Shown here: positions 10,301-19,289 of the stretch, in pieces
Numbering within the stretch: the first letter of the stretch is position 1
Layout: each line of letters opens with the position of its first letter
Position numbers and translations under genes: made by a program
The notes under the pieces: generated by a model
Seen by the model: only the letters and a program-made list of their open reading frames with translations
Told to the model about the DNA's origin: nothing
Database searches by the model: none
NCBI GenBank assembly: GCA_031404455.1
Contig: JANNHP010000312.1
Coordinates: 25,780 to 89,779 of the forward strand
Source of the DNA: Planctomycetia bacterium
GTDB lineage: Bacteria; Planctomycetota; JAJSAM01; JAJVHW01
Direction of reading: 5' to 3'
DNA: 64,000 bases

Positions 10301-11389
10301 GCTCGTGACGTAGAAGCCCCGGTAGAGCGGCGTCTCCTGGTAGACGTTCGGCTCGAAGAGGCGAGCCATCATGCGCCCGAAGGGTTCGCCGAGTGCTGCG
10401 AGCTCGTCGGGGAATCCGAACGCCGCGGGGCGATCGCGCAGCTTCGCGGCACCGACCATGAGCGGCCTGAGTTCGCGCAGCTTGTGGATCAGGTCCGTCC
10501 AGCGCCGTTCGAAGAGCGACTGGTTGAACCGCGCGCCCTCGTCCTGCTCCACCGTCCAGCCCATCATCTGCTGGCGAGTGGCGGCGTCCGCGTTGCCGAA
10601 GAACTCCACGAACCCGCCGACGAGGTCGACCTTCGTCAGCACGATCCACACGGGGAAGTTCACGCCGAGGTGGTCGATGAGCTCGTCGAGCCGCGCGCGG
10701 ATGCGGCGCGCCTCCATCTCCTGCTCGGCGTCGCTGCGCTCGATGATGTCCGCGGCGGGGATGGCCACGATCACGCCGTTGATCGGCGCGGCCGTGCGGT
10801 GGCGGCGCACGAGGTCGAGGAACTGCGCCCATTCGTCCGCGTGCTCGTCGGACATGTAGCGCCCGGCGGTGTCGAGGAACACGCCGACGTTCGAGAACCA
10901 CCAGTCGCAGTTGCGCGTGCCCTGCAGGCCCTTGATCGCCGCGTCGCCGACCGGAAAATCGATTCCCGACTGGCGCAGGAGCGTGCTCTTGCCGCTCGCC
11001 GGCGCGCCCATGATCACGTACCACGGCAGCATCGCGAGCGCGCGGCTGCCGCCGCCGCCGACGGCAGTGCCCTTCAGCTTCCCGACGCTCTCCTTCCAGT
11101 TCTTGCGCAGCGCCTCGATCTCGCCCTTCTGGTCGTAGCGGCCGGTGCCCGACGCGAGGCTGTCCTCGAGCCGGCCCGCTTTCATGCGGCGGCGCATCCA
11201 TCCGGCGAGGAGCACGCCGAGGACCACGAGCAGCGCGACGACGAAGACGACGACGGTCCAGAAGACGCACCGGGCGGGCGGCAGGCCGACGGCGTTCGTG
11301 ATCCCGTACGCGATCCCGCCGAGGAGCAGCGGCACGATGAGCAGCGCGAGCCGCGGCAGGAGTTCGCGGAACTTGCCCGGCGCGCTCAC
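7325..11389 (-). CDS. tssM: T6SS membrane subunit TssM/IcmF
   Basis: 1354 aa. N-terminal TM helices, Walker A GAPASGKST. IcmF-like size and position between tssL and tagF. Confidence 0.9.
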   Translation of the reverse strand: MSAPGKFRELLPRLALLIVPLLLGGIAYGITNAVGLPPARCVFWTVVVFVVALLVVLGVLLAGWMRRRMKAGRLEDSLASGTGRYDQKGEIEALRKNWKESVGKLKGTAVGGGGSRALAMLPWYVIMGAPASGKSTLLRQSGIDFPVGDAAIKGLQGTRNCDWWFSNVGVFLDTAGRYMSDEHADEWAQFLDLVRRHRTAAPINGVIVAIPAADIIERSDAEQEMEARRIRARLDELIDHLGVNFPVWIVLTKVDLVGGFVEFFGNADAATRQQMMGWTVEQDEGARFNQSLFERRWTDLIHKLRELRPLMVGAAKLRDRPAAFGFPDELAALGEPFGRMMARLFEPNVYQETPLYRGFYVTSATQQGTPLQRAASRVRQLLGAPAVDADAQGVLIKNAYFVKDLMRERIVLDHGMTWTTQHEIERGKLKRLGMNLTASSLGVFGFLAVLAAGTCARHDMEAVEASLRDSRKADESVLARCEGLFAQQRQATFGVWKNLGLSLPLPLQKEMADREAGLYRTEIVGALLESRRKAIETADVTGAGGLAPLVAAYRDYLVTASALKAIAAAKTAPPAATKSPPPEPPKEGAAPPDPNDLPPGVLSPDEMAALTARAEELVAAGILPKAGTDTPERKIARLLSVAWRNGGIDETAAKAMESVDAAFDARVADYLRRVRAALDSRSAISAGTSAQIDSRRTAFLKECAHADLLLQSANVPKEKLRRELEAIAATLATEPAPAGPGPAASADLSILGSVAESLKALADAKVRTDAQLAAIEGYAAVRQYAQAEADRVKSGAAAPQAEASGRMLTALDTLAKATAELLAEGPTSPAERRTWQVTIGMSEATIALDATFRSKQGPWAQTVVQQLLPLVEGSTAETLQRHPVIRLGEALRLERMLEEFVTDPDGFASYAQRIETARRPPPGIADLDKDLAQLAAPLDLGAKNRLVSEPLLKAIEARVADSFGVVVTTAESQWSQRIRAETADTGSWRSCIDAWADPAGAIGRLAALVTQNWGEDRVSRFDADTAGDSGAAAIWRAKLAKPIARYRAFVAGVASGSRAADELRKCAGRDVSEASLAEFATKLGRSAASPAWRQPGAVDRLPEDGPFGDAKAALVAALAAGEEDLVTRLRDWFNRNWSLERQRIEAALKSPSPESTSSASQAMARMRGAFVVFFGDSLADTPGRRLELPPEFVGRFEQAAATLGPGAFDEITVTIECVAVPTSQSDKGFPLVEVEYKQQGKAPATEKWLPNAAKQLSFTFAPNKGEYFTIRMRNERTNDSKTFRAWTTPDCVVAALTSGLGTSSDALDWEGTGEFKGDHAKFRLVTANADRIRRLNAAPEDTRLPETCVRILPR

Positions 11390-12132
11390 TTCTTCTCACC
11401 GCTCTCAGGCGCGGACCGCTCGGCCGCGAGCATCTCGCCGATCCTCGTGCCCTGAGCGCTCCAGAGGACGAACCAGAGCCCGACCGCCAGGGCGGCGGAG
11501 AGCGGGATCGGCCACCACCAGAACCAGCCCTTGCCGAGGATGCGTCCCTTCGGCGCGTCGCGGTACGCCTCGCTCCAGACGCGGCGGCGCGCGGCCTCGG
11601 GGCCCTGCGGCCAGAGCAGCGCGACGATTCCGTTCGCGAGGGCGTCGAGCTCGCCGGGGTTCGCACTGCGGTACCTGCCCCGGAACCCGAGCCGGAGACA
11701 TGTGTAGAAGACCTCGAGCGCTCCGAGCACTTGCTCACGCAGCGCGGGATCCTGGACCCCCGCGAGCTGTTGCCGCAGACGGTTGACGCGCTCGAAGAAC
11801 TCCTGGCCCGCGAACGACGTGTTGAAGTGCCGGAGCTCCAGGAGGAACCGGCTCCACTGCTGCGCGTGGTCCCAGTCGCTGTGCAGGCCGAGGTCGTCGG
11901 CGAGCGCCACGACCGCGTACTTCGCCTGCGTGTAGATGTTCCAGTCGAGTCCCGACGACCGCGCCGACATGTCGGCGCCGGCGAGGAGTTCCTCGAGCGT
12001 CCGGTGGAACTGCGCCGGCTGCAGCCGGGCGCGCGTCGATTCGCTGTGGAACGCGGCGATCGCGAGGAAGAAGCCTCGGAAGCAGCCGGTCAGGGCCGCC
12101 CGGGAGGATCCCGCCTCAGCGGCCGAAGACAA
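11386..12132 (-). CDS. tssL: T6SS membrane subunit TssL (DotU/ImpK family)
   Basis: 248 aa. DotU-like cytoplasmic domain plus C-terminal TM helix (WWPIPLSAALAVGLWFVLW). Upstream of tssM with a 4-nt overlap. Confidence 0.8.
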   Translation of the reverse strand: MSSAAEAGSSRAALTGCFRGFFLAIAAFHSESTRARLQPAQFHRTLEELLAGADMSARSSGLDWNIYTQAKYAVVALADDLGLHSDWDHAQQWSRFLLELRHFNTSFAGQEFFERVNRLRQQLAGVQDPALREQVLGALEVFYTCLRLGFRGRYRSANPGELDALANGIVALLWPQGPEAARRRVWSEAYRDAPKGRILGKGWFWWWPIPLSAALAVGLWFVLWSAQGTRIGEMLAAERSAPESGEKK

Positions 12133-13540
12133 CGTACGCCTCCATGCCGAGGTCGGGTGCCGCGCCGCCGGGGACGAGCCCCTCGGTCGCGAAGTGGATG
12201 ACGAGCGTGCGCTCCGAGATCACCGCGCGCCACTCGTCCTGCGCCTCCGGACGCGCGGACGCGTCGTTCTGGAGCCGGTAGTAGACGGCGCCGCTGCGGC
12301 TCGGCAGCTCGCGGGGCTTCGGGCACGGCGCGACGGGCACGCCGTACTTCCTCTGCGCGACGATGTTCGCGATGCGCGTGGCCGCGCCGACCTTCACGTG
12401 TCCGCTGCGGTAGAAGTCGCGCTCCGCGCCGGGCGGGTCGGGGCTCGCGAACGCGAGGTAGACCTGGTTGCGGGCGTTCAGGAGTGCCGGGTCGAGTCCC
12501 GAGGCACCGACGGCGAGTCCGCCGATGCCGAGGTCGCCGCGGGTCAGGGGGACCCGGCGGAAGTTCGCGGCGAGCTGGTCGGCGCGGAGCAGCGCGAGCA
12601 AGGGGCGCGCGACCAGGTCGAAGCACTCGCCGATGTTCGCGTGGTCGTAGATCGGGACGTTCGGCATGGAGGCGCCCGCGCAGAGCGTGGCGAACTGCCC
12701 GAGCAGGCTGCAGAGCAGGTGGTAGACGTCGTAGGGGTGCGGTCGTCCGCCGTCCGCCGCTTCGCGGAGCCAGGGCAGCGCCGCACGCAGGATCTGCAGC
12801 TTCCAGAGCTGGATCACCTCCGCCTCGGTCGCGTTGCCCGCCACCATGTCGGCGACCGACGCGCCGCCCGCGAGGTCCGCCGCCTTGCCGGCGGCCTCTC
12901 CGAAGATCTCCTTCACGAGCGCGTGGACGCCGGACGCCGCGGAGAGCCGCAGCGACGGCGGAGCCCACGCGGCGGAGAGGCGCGACGGCGGCAGGCCGAC
13001 CGCGGGCGCCACGAGCTGCGCGATCGGCACCGTCTCGAAACCGTCGGTCCGGTCGCCGTCGAAGAGCAGGCGCGCGTTCAGCCTGAGGAAGTGGACGTCC
13101 TGGAGGTTGCGGCCGGTCACGAGGTCGGCCACGGTCTCCGTCGCGCGCACGTAGCGCGGCGGATCGGTGTCGTCCTCGTGCGTCTCGCGCACGTTGGGCT
13201 CGTGGTCGCGCAGGCGCCGGGCGCCGACGTGGACCGTGAGCGGGCTCGGCGCGCCCTTCGGGATCTCGCGCGGCGCCAGCGACGCGTTGCCGCCCCCGCG
13301 CGCGTCGAACACGAGAGCCTCACCGCCCGGCAGCATCACCTCGAGCGAACGGACCTCGAAGAACCCGCGTTCGAGCTGGAGCGGGTCCACGTCGATCTCG
13401 GCGACGCCGAAGCGGTACGGCGCGGCGTAGCCGAGCTGGCGCGCGCCGAGCGCCATCGCCCCGTGGGCCTGCTGCTGCATGTGGTGCGGCAGGAGGAAGA
13501 GACCTTCCTCCCAGAGGACACCCCTCGGGATTGGACACAT
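12116..13540 (-). CDS. tssK: T6SS baseplate subunit TssK (ImpJ/VasE family)
   Basis: 474 aa. N-terminus VLWEEGLFLLPHHMQQQ matches the TssK family start. Position between tssJ and tssL. Confidence 0.85.
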   Translation of the reverse strand: MCPIPRGVLWEEGLFLLPHHMQQQAHGAMALGARQLGYAAPYRFGVAEIDVDPLQLERGFFEVRSLEVMLPGGEALVFDARGGGNASLAPREIPKGAPSPLTVHVGARRLRDHEPNVRETHEDDTDPPRYVRATETVADLVTGRNLQDVHFLRLNARLLFDGDRTDGFETVPIAQLVAPAVGLPPSRLSAAWAPPSLRLSAASGVHALVKEIFGEAAGKAADLAGGASVADMVAGNATEAEVIQLWKLQILRAALPWLREAADGGRPHPYDVYHLLCSLLGQFATLCAGASMPNVPIYDHANIGECFDLVARPLLALLRADQLAANFRRVPLTRGDLGIGGLAVGASGLDPALLNARNQVYLAFASPDPPGAERDFYRSGHVKVGAATRIANIVAQRKYGVPVAPCPKPRELPSRSGAVYYRLQNDASARPEAQDEWRAVISERTLVIHFATEGLVPGGAAPDLGMEAYVVFGR

Positions 13541-13697
13541 CGAAACCCTCCGACTCGGTCGCGTCCGCCGGGCCCGGGCCGGCGGCGAGCGAGACTATCC
13601 CGGCTCACGCCCCGGGTCTCGCTCGAAGGCCCGCGTAATCTCCCCGCGGCCAGGCCGCACAGCCGGGCCGCACAGCCGCGCCGCGCCGCCGCCCGCG

Positions 13698-14195
13698 CTA
13701 CTTCGAGGGCCCGACGTTCGTCTCGTCCATCGTGAACCGGACCGCGTGCACCGGCTTCGTCACCTTGTACTCCGGCCGGCCGCTCGCGCAGTCGATGGGG
13801 ACGATCGCGGTGCGCGTGCCGCGCGTGTAGAGCGCGATGAGGCCCACGTGCGTGTAGAGCGAATCCTCGCCGACGTCGAGAGTGCCGGAGCGCTCGGACG
13901 CGGGCTTCATCCACTCGCCGAGGTCGAAGGCCTTCCCGAGCTGCGGGAACTTCTCGGAGTTCTGCGCCGAGGCGAGGTCATCGGGGCGCTCCGACGCCAT
14001 CTTCGCGAAGAGCACCGCGTCGCGGACGGCCCAGGCCTGGAAGCGCACGTGCTGGGCGCCCTGACCCGAGTTGTTCAATCTGTCTGTGGAGGCGACGCTC
14101 ACCTCGACCCGGTCGCCCTTCGCGACGCAGGTGCTGCCGCACCCCGCGAGCGCGAGGATCGCGAGCGACCCGGACAGCGCGACGTGAAGCCTCAT
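13698..14195 (-). CDS. tssJ: T6SS outer-membrane lipoprotein TssJ (SciN-like)
   Basis: 165 aa. Signal peptide with lipobox LALAGC. Size and position typical of TssJ. Start overlaps the stop of the upstream gene (ATGA). Confidence 0.6.
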   Translation of the reverse strand: MRLHVALSGSLAILALAGCGSTCVAKGDRVEVSVASTDRLNNSGQGAQHVRFQAWAVRDAVLFAKMASERPDDLASAQNSEKFPQLGKAFDLGEWMKPASERSGTLDVGEDSLYTHVGLIALYTRGTRTAIVPIDCASGRPEYKVTKPVHAVRFTMDETNVGPSK

Positions 14196-17077
14196 CGTGG
14201 TCTCCTCCCCTCGCGCGCGCGCCGCTTCATGAGCTCGCGCCGCAGGTGTTCCTCGAACGACGGATCGTAGAAGCGCGCGATCAGCTCGCCGAGACCGGCG
14301 TCCATCCGCTGCAGGATATCCTGGACCTTGATCTTCTGCGCCGACGACAGCTCGAGCTCCTTCTGGAACGCAACGCCGAGCGTGAGCAGCAGGCGCCGCG
14401 ACCCGTCCTTCGTCGAGCGGCCGTGCGCCTCGACGAGGAGTCCGATCGTCGAGCCGAGCGACGTCTTCATCGCGCGCAGCGTCTCGACGCACTCCGCGAT
14501 GCGCGCGGCGGAGTCGGGGTCGCCGCGGCCCGCGGACGCGAGCGCTTGCCGCACCATGCGCTGCAGGTTGCGCTGCTCGGAGGCGAACTCCTGGCCGCCG
14601 AGCTCCGCGACGGCGTCGCCTAGGGTGCCGAGCGTCTCGAGTCCCTCCGCGAGGAGCGTGCGGACGAGCACCGCGGCGGGGTCGTCCGGCGAGAGCGGGA
14701 CCGCGGCCGAGCTGCCGGGTTCCACGAGCGATTCCGTGAGGGCGCTCCAGAGACCCTCGTCCGCCGCCGGCGGCGGAGGAGGAGGCGCGCGCTCGACGCG
14801 CGCTCTCGCCATCGAGAGGGCGTCGACTTCCGACTGGAGGCGCGCGATCCGCGCCGCGCCGGAGCGCAGCGATTCCTCCAGCTCGCGGATCCGCGCGTCG
14901 CGCTGGTCTGCGCCCGCCGGCTCGGCGGGCTTCGTTGCGACGTGCGCCGGAGCGCTCGGGCGGCGCTCCGCCGGGATTCGCAGGCGGAGTTCCTGTACGC
15001 GCGTCAGGAGACGTTCGACCGGACGCGCGAACCGCGCGGGGTCCGGGTCCGCGTGCAGGCTGTCCGCGAAACCGACGCCGCCGCGCGTGAGGCACGCGGC
15101 TGCGATCGCGAGCACCTCGGCCCAGATCTCGGGCGGGATGCGGCCCTCGCCGGAGGGCCGCTCGCCGGGGTAGAAGCAGACGTTCTTCGGCGAGAGGAAG
15201 CCGTCGAGCGGCGGCGTGCTCGCGAGCTTCGCGAAGACCTCGACGAGGTCGTCCCACGCGGTGCGGCCGTCGTGGTCGTGCACCGCGCGGCAGAGCGACG
15301 CCGCCGTCGGCACCACGTCCGCGGCGATCCGCTGCACCGACTGCGACGCGTTGTCCAGCATCGCCCGGAGCAGAAGCATCCCGAGCGAGTGCAGGTCGTA
15401 GTACGCGCCGTACGTTCGGTACACGGTCGCCGTGCCGAGGAGCGCCGTCTTGCCGGTCGCTGCGCGCAGATCGAGGAGCTTGCCGGAATCGAGACGCTGC
15501 GGGAACGCCCTGAGCGCGAGCGGGCCGGGCGCGTGACGCTCGGTGTCGCGGCGGCACCAGAGGACGCTGCGCTCCCAGCCGGGCGAGCTGATCTCGATTC
15601 GCACCCGGTCCGTGAGGTCGGCCTTCGACTCCACCCCGGCGAGGCCCTCGACGTCGAGTTCGAACTCCGTCGTGCCGGCCGCCTCGTCGGTCCACACGCG
15701 TCCGACGGAGATCCTCACCGGCGCCGTTCGTGCCCATCGGAACCCGCCCTGGTGCACGTCCGGACCGTCGGGCGGCGCCGTGCCGCGGGGCTCGGCGGCG
15801 CGCGCGACATCGGGGTGCGCGTACGGCTCGACGGCCTCCGGGGGGACGAGCCAGATGACCGGCCCGGGCGGCGGAGACATGACGTCGTCGAGCGCCGGCG
15901 CGCGCAGTCCGCCGCGGATGGCGACGTCGTACTGCTCGCCGGGAGCGACGAAGAGGCGGTGCGAGACGATCGCTCCGGGCGAGAGGCCGAGGTGCGGACG
16001 GCCGTGCGTGCGGTGATACCCGGCGACCGCCTGCACGACGGCCTCGAAGAGCTTCAGCTTCTCGGCGAGCGCGTCGAGCGGCCGGGCCGCCTCCGCGCGG
16101 CCGACGAGCTCCGTCTCGAGCCGTTCGCGCGACTGGCGCCGTCCCGGGAGCGTCCAGTTGGCGACGTGGCGCGCTCGGAACGCGGCCCACGGCGCGCCGC
16201 CGAGGATGTCGCACTGCTCGCCGAAGTCGGCGACGTCCTCGCGGTGCGCGATCGCGCGGAACGGGAGGAACGAGATCGGGGCGAGCCGCTTCGGCGCGAG
16301 CGGCGGACCCGGCGGCGCCGCAGTCGAACCGCGCGCGGGCCGCGAGTAGCACTTCGGGACCTCGGGACATCCGATGCAGGGAAAGCTCTCCGCGAGCCGC
16401 GAGACCGAGGCGTCGCCCGCGGCCTCGCGGTCGAAGATCCGGCCGAGGTCCTTCGCGAACCGCTCGAACGTTCCGACGTCGGCGAGTGCGCCGCGGACGG
16501 GCCGCGGATCCGCCGAGTAGAACTGCGCCGACGCGCCGCGACCCTGCCGCGGGTCGTAGAGGAACCGTTGCGTCGTCGTGGTCCACGCGGGAAGCCTCGC
16601 CGCAAGGAGCGTGTCCGCGTCGCGGCACTCCGCGAGCTCTCCGCCCGCGGAGTGCGGGGACGGTGGACGGAAGACGACGCCGCGCTCGCGGCAGACGAGG
16701 AGCGGCGCGTACTCCTCGTAGCCGAGATCCGGGACCTCCCCCGATTCCGCGTGCGCCGCCGCCGCGATGGCGCGCCGCCGCCACATCGTCTCGATCGCGG
16801 CGTTCCCGGCGTGCGGTCCCCACGTGGCCGGGAGGCGCGCGGGATCGACGACGTCGCGCTGGACCTCGAGCAGGTACGGCGCTCCGCTCGACGAACGGGC
16901 GCGGAAAGTGCGCGCGAGGGCGTCCTCGTGCACGGGGAGCGCATCGCCGGGAGACCCGGTCGGCGGCGGCGCGCTGCCGTCGCGCGACCAGGCCAGATCG
17001 CGGACGTCGGCGTCGCGGCGCCCGCCAGGGACGTCGCGCATCTCGGACTCGCCGATGATCTGCGTTCGTTCGTCCAT
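14192..17077 (-). CDS. Large T6SS-cluster protein with degenerate Ser/Thr protein-kinase-like region (pseudokinase candidate) and C-terminal coiled coil
   Basis: 961 aa. Start taken at internal Met (MDERTQIIGE); the ORF tool merges it into a 1389-aa frame. A central region resembles a kinase catalytic core but with substitutions: YHRTHGRPHLGLSPGAIV where HRDLKPxNIL is expected, DVAIRGG where DFG is expected, and later DLHSLGMLLL resembling subdomain IX. Sits between the FHA gene and tssJ, where TagE/PpkA sits in imp-type clusters. Confidence 0.5.
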   Translation of the reverse strand: MDERTQIIGESEMRDVPGGRRDADVRDLAWSRDGSAPPPTGSPGDALPVHEDALARTFRARSSSGAPYLLEVQRDVVDPARLPATWGPHAGNAAIETMWRRRAIAAAAHAESGEVPDLGYEEYAPLLVCRERGVVFRPPSPHSAGGELAECRDADTLLAARLPAWTTTTQRFLYDPRQGRGASAQFYSADPRPVRGALADVGTFERFAKDLGRIFDREAAGDASVSRLAESFPCIGCPEVPKCYSRPARGSTAAPPGPPLAPKRLAPISFLPFRAIAHREDVADFGEQCDILGGAPWAAFRARHVANWTLPGRRQSRERLETELVGRAEAARPLDALAEKLKLFEAVVQAVAGYHRTHGRPHLGLSPGAIVSHRLFVAPGEQYDVAIRGGLRAPALDDVMSPPPGPVIWLVPPEAVEPYAHPDVARAAEPRGTAPPDGPDVHQGGFRWARTAPVRISVGRVWTDEAAGTTEFELDVEGLAGVESKADLTDRVRIEISSPGWERSVLWCRRDTERHAPGPLALRAFPQRLDSGKLLDLRAATGKTALLGTATVYRTYGAYYDLHSLGMLLLRAMLDNASQSVQRIAADVVPTAASLCRAVHDHDGRTAWDDLVEVFAKLASTPPLDGFLSPKNVCFYPGERPSGEGRIPPEIWAEVLAIAAACLTRGGVGFADSLHADPDPARFARPVERLLTRVQELRLRIPAERRPSAPAHVATKPAEPAGADQRDARIRELEESLRSGAARIARLQSEVDALSMARARVERAPPPPPPAADEGLWSALTESLVEPGSSAAVPLSPDDPAAVLVRTLLAEGLETLGTLGDAVAELGGQEFASEQRNLQRMVRQALASAGRGDPDSAARIAECVETLRAMKTSLGSTIGLLVEAHGRSTKDGSRRLLLTLGVAFQKELELSSAQKIKVQDILQRMDAGLGELIARFYDPSFEEHLRRELMKRRAREGRRPR

Positions 17078-17082
17078 GCGGA

Positions 17083-18543
17083 TCAGCCCCGCGCGCTCGC
17101 GACGACGAGCAGCACGATTCCCGCGGTGATCGCGACGATCATGCTGACGACGCCGGTCACGAGCCACCCCTTGTGCGACGAGCCGCGCCGGGCGACGACG
17201 CGCGGCGACGGTCCGGCACCCGGCGCGGGCGATTCGCGCCGGGGTGCGACGGCCGGCTCGTGCGGGATGGCGGGAGGCGGCGCCGCGGCGTAGGCCACGG
17301 GAGGCGGAGGAGGAGGAGGGACGGACGGTCCGACCGGCGGCGGGCCGGACCACGAAGGTCCCGGCGGCGCGCCGCCGGCGGGGACGTCCCACGCCGGAGG
17401 CGGAGGCGCGGGCGCGACCGGGGCGGCGGGCACGTCCCACGATGCGGGGCCCGCGGCGGCACGCGGCGCGGCGGCCGCAGCCGTCCAGTCGGTGGCCGCG
17501 GCCGGGGCCGTGTCGGACGACGCGGGACGATAGGGCGGGGGTGCGGGAGCGGGAGGAGGAGGTGCTGCCGCCGGCCTCGACCAGTCGGGCGCGGACGACT
17601 GCGCGGCGGAGTGGGCGACCTGATCCCATCGGGGCGGGTCGTCGGTCGCTGCGCGCGGACCGGGCCCTCGCTGGACCTCGGGTGACGGGGCGGGAGCGGG
17701 GGCCCAGCGAGTCTCGCGCTGAACGGGTTCCGCGTCGGCCCGCGCTCCGAACACCGACGCCGACGACGCAGGTGCCGCGGCGTCTGCCTCCGTCACGACG
17801 CGCACGTCCACCGGCCCGACGCCGACGATGTCTCCGTGGGCGAGAGGCGTCTCGCCGAAGATCGGACGCCCGTTGACCCGCAGAGGGTTGCGGGCGCCCG
17901 CGGCGCGGATGTAGATCCGCGTCCCGTCGTAGCGGGCGAGCGCGTGACGCCGCGACACCGAGCCGTTCGCCACGGTGAGGTCGCAGCCCGCCGCGCGGCC
18001 GATCACATATGCCCGCTCGAGTTCTCGCAACTCGAGCCGGCCGGTCTCCGGCGGGCACGCCACGAGCGTGGGGACGACGCGACCGGCCGGGCCGGGCTCG
18101 GCGCCGCCCGCAGGCAGGTGCGTCGGTTCCGCTCCCGCCACCTGCGTCATGAAGCTCGCGCGGGCCATCGTCATGTCGGCCGACGAATCGCGCATCGGCT
18201 CGACCTCGGGGAGGATCGTCTCCCGGCCGTACGACGCGCGGAACACGTACTCGGCGATGACGAACGTGTCGCCGTCCTGTACGCGCCGCGGCTGTCCGTG
18301 CGGGATCGCGACCCCGTTGACGAGCGTGGGCGTGAGGCTTCCCTGGTGCGTGGCGTGCCACGCACCGTGGAGGAGGTCGAGCGTCACGTGCGTCCGCGAG
18401 ATCCCGTCGCCCTCGATGAGGATGAGGGACTGCGCGCTGCGGCCGATGGTGACCGGCCCCGACTCGAACTCGAACGTGCGCGGCGAGCCGCGTCCGGCGT
18501 CGCGCGAGTTCGTCAGGTCGAGTCGCAGGTTCACGCCGCGCAT
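17083..18543 (-). CDS. fha: Tandem-FHA domain protein with Pro-rich linker and C-terminal TM helix (T6SS Fha/TagH-like)
   Basis: 486 aa. Two FHA domains (GPVTIGRSAQSLILIEGDGISRTHVTL.., and YVIGRAAGCDLTVANGSVSRRHALARYDG..VNGRPI). Long poly-Pro/Ala segment. C-terminal TM helix (LVTGVVSMIVAITAGIVLLVV). First gene of the T6SS operon. Confidence 0.8.
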   Translation of the reverse strand: MRGVNLRLDLTNSRDAGRGSPRTFEFESGPVTIGRSAQSLILIEGDGISRTHVTLDLLHGAWHATHQGSLTPTLVNGVAIPHGQPRRVQDGDTFVIAEYVFRASYGRETILPEVEPMRDSSADMTMARASFMTQVAGAEPTHLPAGGAEPGPAGRVVPTLVACPPETGRLELRELERAYVIGRAAGCDLTVANGSVSRRHALARYDGTRIYIRAAGARNPLRVNGRPIFGETPLAHGDIVGVGPVDVRVVTEADAAAPASSASVFGARADAEPVQRETRWAPAPAPSPEVQRGPGPRAATDDPPRWDQVAHSAAQSSAPDWSRPAAAPPPPAPAPPPYRPASSDTAPAAATDWTAAAAAPRAAAGPASWDVPAAPVAPAPPPPAWDVPAGGAPPGPSWSGPPPVGPSVPPPPPPPVAYAAAPPPAIPHEPAVAPRRESPAPGAGPSPRVVARRGSSHKGWLVTGVVSMIVAITAGIVLLVVASARG

Positions 18544-18654
18544 TCTGCGTCAGCGGTGGGCGCGACGGAACGGTTGATTCGCGCGGAGCCGCGGACGCGT
18601 GATCGCGTCAGGCCGGCGCAGGGCCGGGCGCGTCCGCGAATCGGAGGTCCGCCG

Positions 18655-19185
18655 TCAGAACGATCCCTTCGAGCTGATCTTGCCCTTGACCACGCGTCCG
18701 ATGTCCGGTCCCGCAGCGACCGTTCCCGCGAACTTGATCTTGCCGTTCCAGCTCTTCTTCACGCCGCCCGTCGTCTGGCGGCCGGTCACCTTCGCCGAGA
18801 CCGAGGTGACGTCGATGTCCACCTGGTGGAGATCGAGGACGAACGCGTCGGCGACCGCGCGCAGTTCCGGCGTGTCGGCGGCCTTGACGGTGGCCGACCT
18901 GCGGTCGCGGCCGATCGTCGCCGTCCCGGTGAACGTGCCGTACTTCCCGAGCGTGAGGTCGTAGGCGCCGGAGAGTCCGCCGATCGAACCTGAGAGCGCG
19001 ACGTCCGCCGTCGCCTTGACAGGACCGGGCGCCTTGGACCTGGCCCGGAAGAAGGACAGGAACACGATGAACGCCGCAAGCGGGTTGCCCTGGTCGACCA
19101 GACTCTCCACGGGAAAGCATCCGCCCACGAGGAGCGCCGCCGCCGTGAGCCCCGCCGTCGCACGCGTCACGATCCACTTCCGCAT
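18655..19185 (-). CDS. Hypothetical lipoprotein
   Basis: 176 aa. Signal peptide with lipobox (LLVGGCF), Gly/Thr/Lys-rich. Lies 110 nt upstream of the T6SS fha gene. Confidence 0.45.
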   Translation of the reverse strand: MRKWIVTRATAGLTAAALLVGGCFPVESLVDQGNPLAAFIVFLSFFRARSKAPGPVKATADVALSGSIGGLSGAYDLTLGKYGTFTGTATIGRDRRSATVKAADTPELRAVADAFVLDLHQVDIDVTSVSAKVTGRQTTGGVKKSWNGKIKFAGTVAAGPDIGRVVKGKISSKGSF

Positions 19186-19289
19186 AGCTCTCCTCCCGTG
19201 GGCACGCCTTCACCCGCTGCGCGGCGGCAGGCCCGAACGTGCGAACGATATCCACCGACCCCGCCGACAGGCGAATCCGGGCTTCCGCG

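Noticed and set aside
7287-11738. Very long ORFs (1483 aa on minus, 1380 aa on plus at 7313-11455) overlapping tssM in other frames
   Set aside because: Arg/Ala/Gly/Pro-dominated translations typical of shadow frames in ~72% GC DNA. The tssM frame has clear Walker A and IcmF architecture.
15900-16000. The string AHREDVADFGEQ in the kinase-like protein looked like HRD...DFG
   Set aside because: HRD and DFG are only 5 residues apart here, whereas about 20 is expected. The better-spaced catalytic-loop and Mg-loop equivalents are the substituted HGRPHLGLSPGAIV and DVAIRGG segments.
14942-17293. 783-aa plus-strand ORF antisense to the kinase-like T6SS gene, and 2165-4438 (+) antisense to tssC/tssB
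   Set aside because: Shadow ORFs opposite well-supported genes. Low-complexity Arg/Glu/Asp/Gly translation with no motifs.
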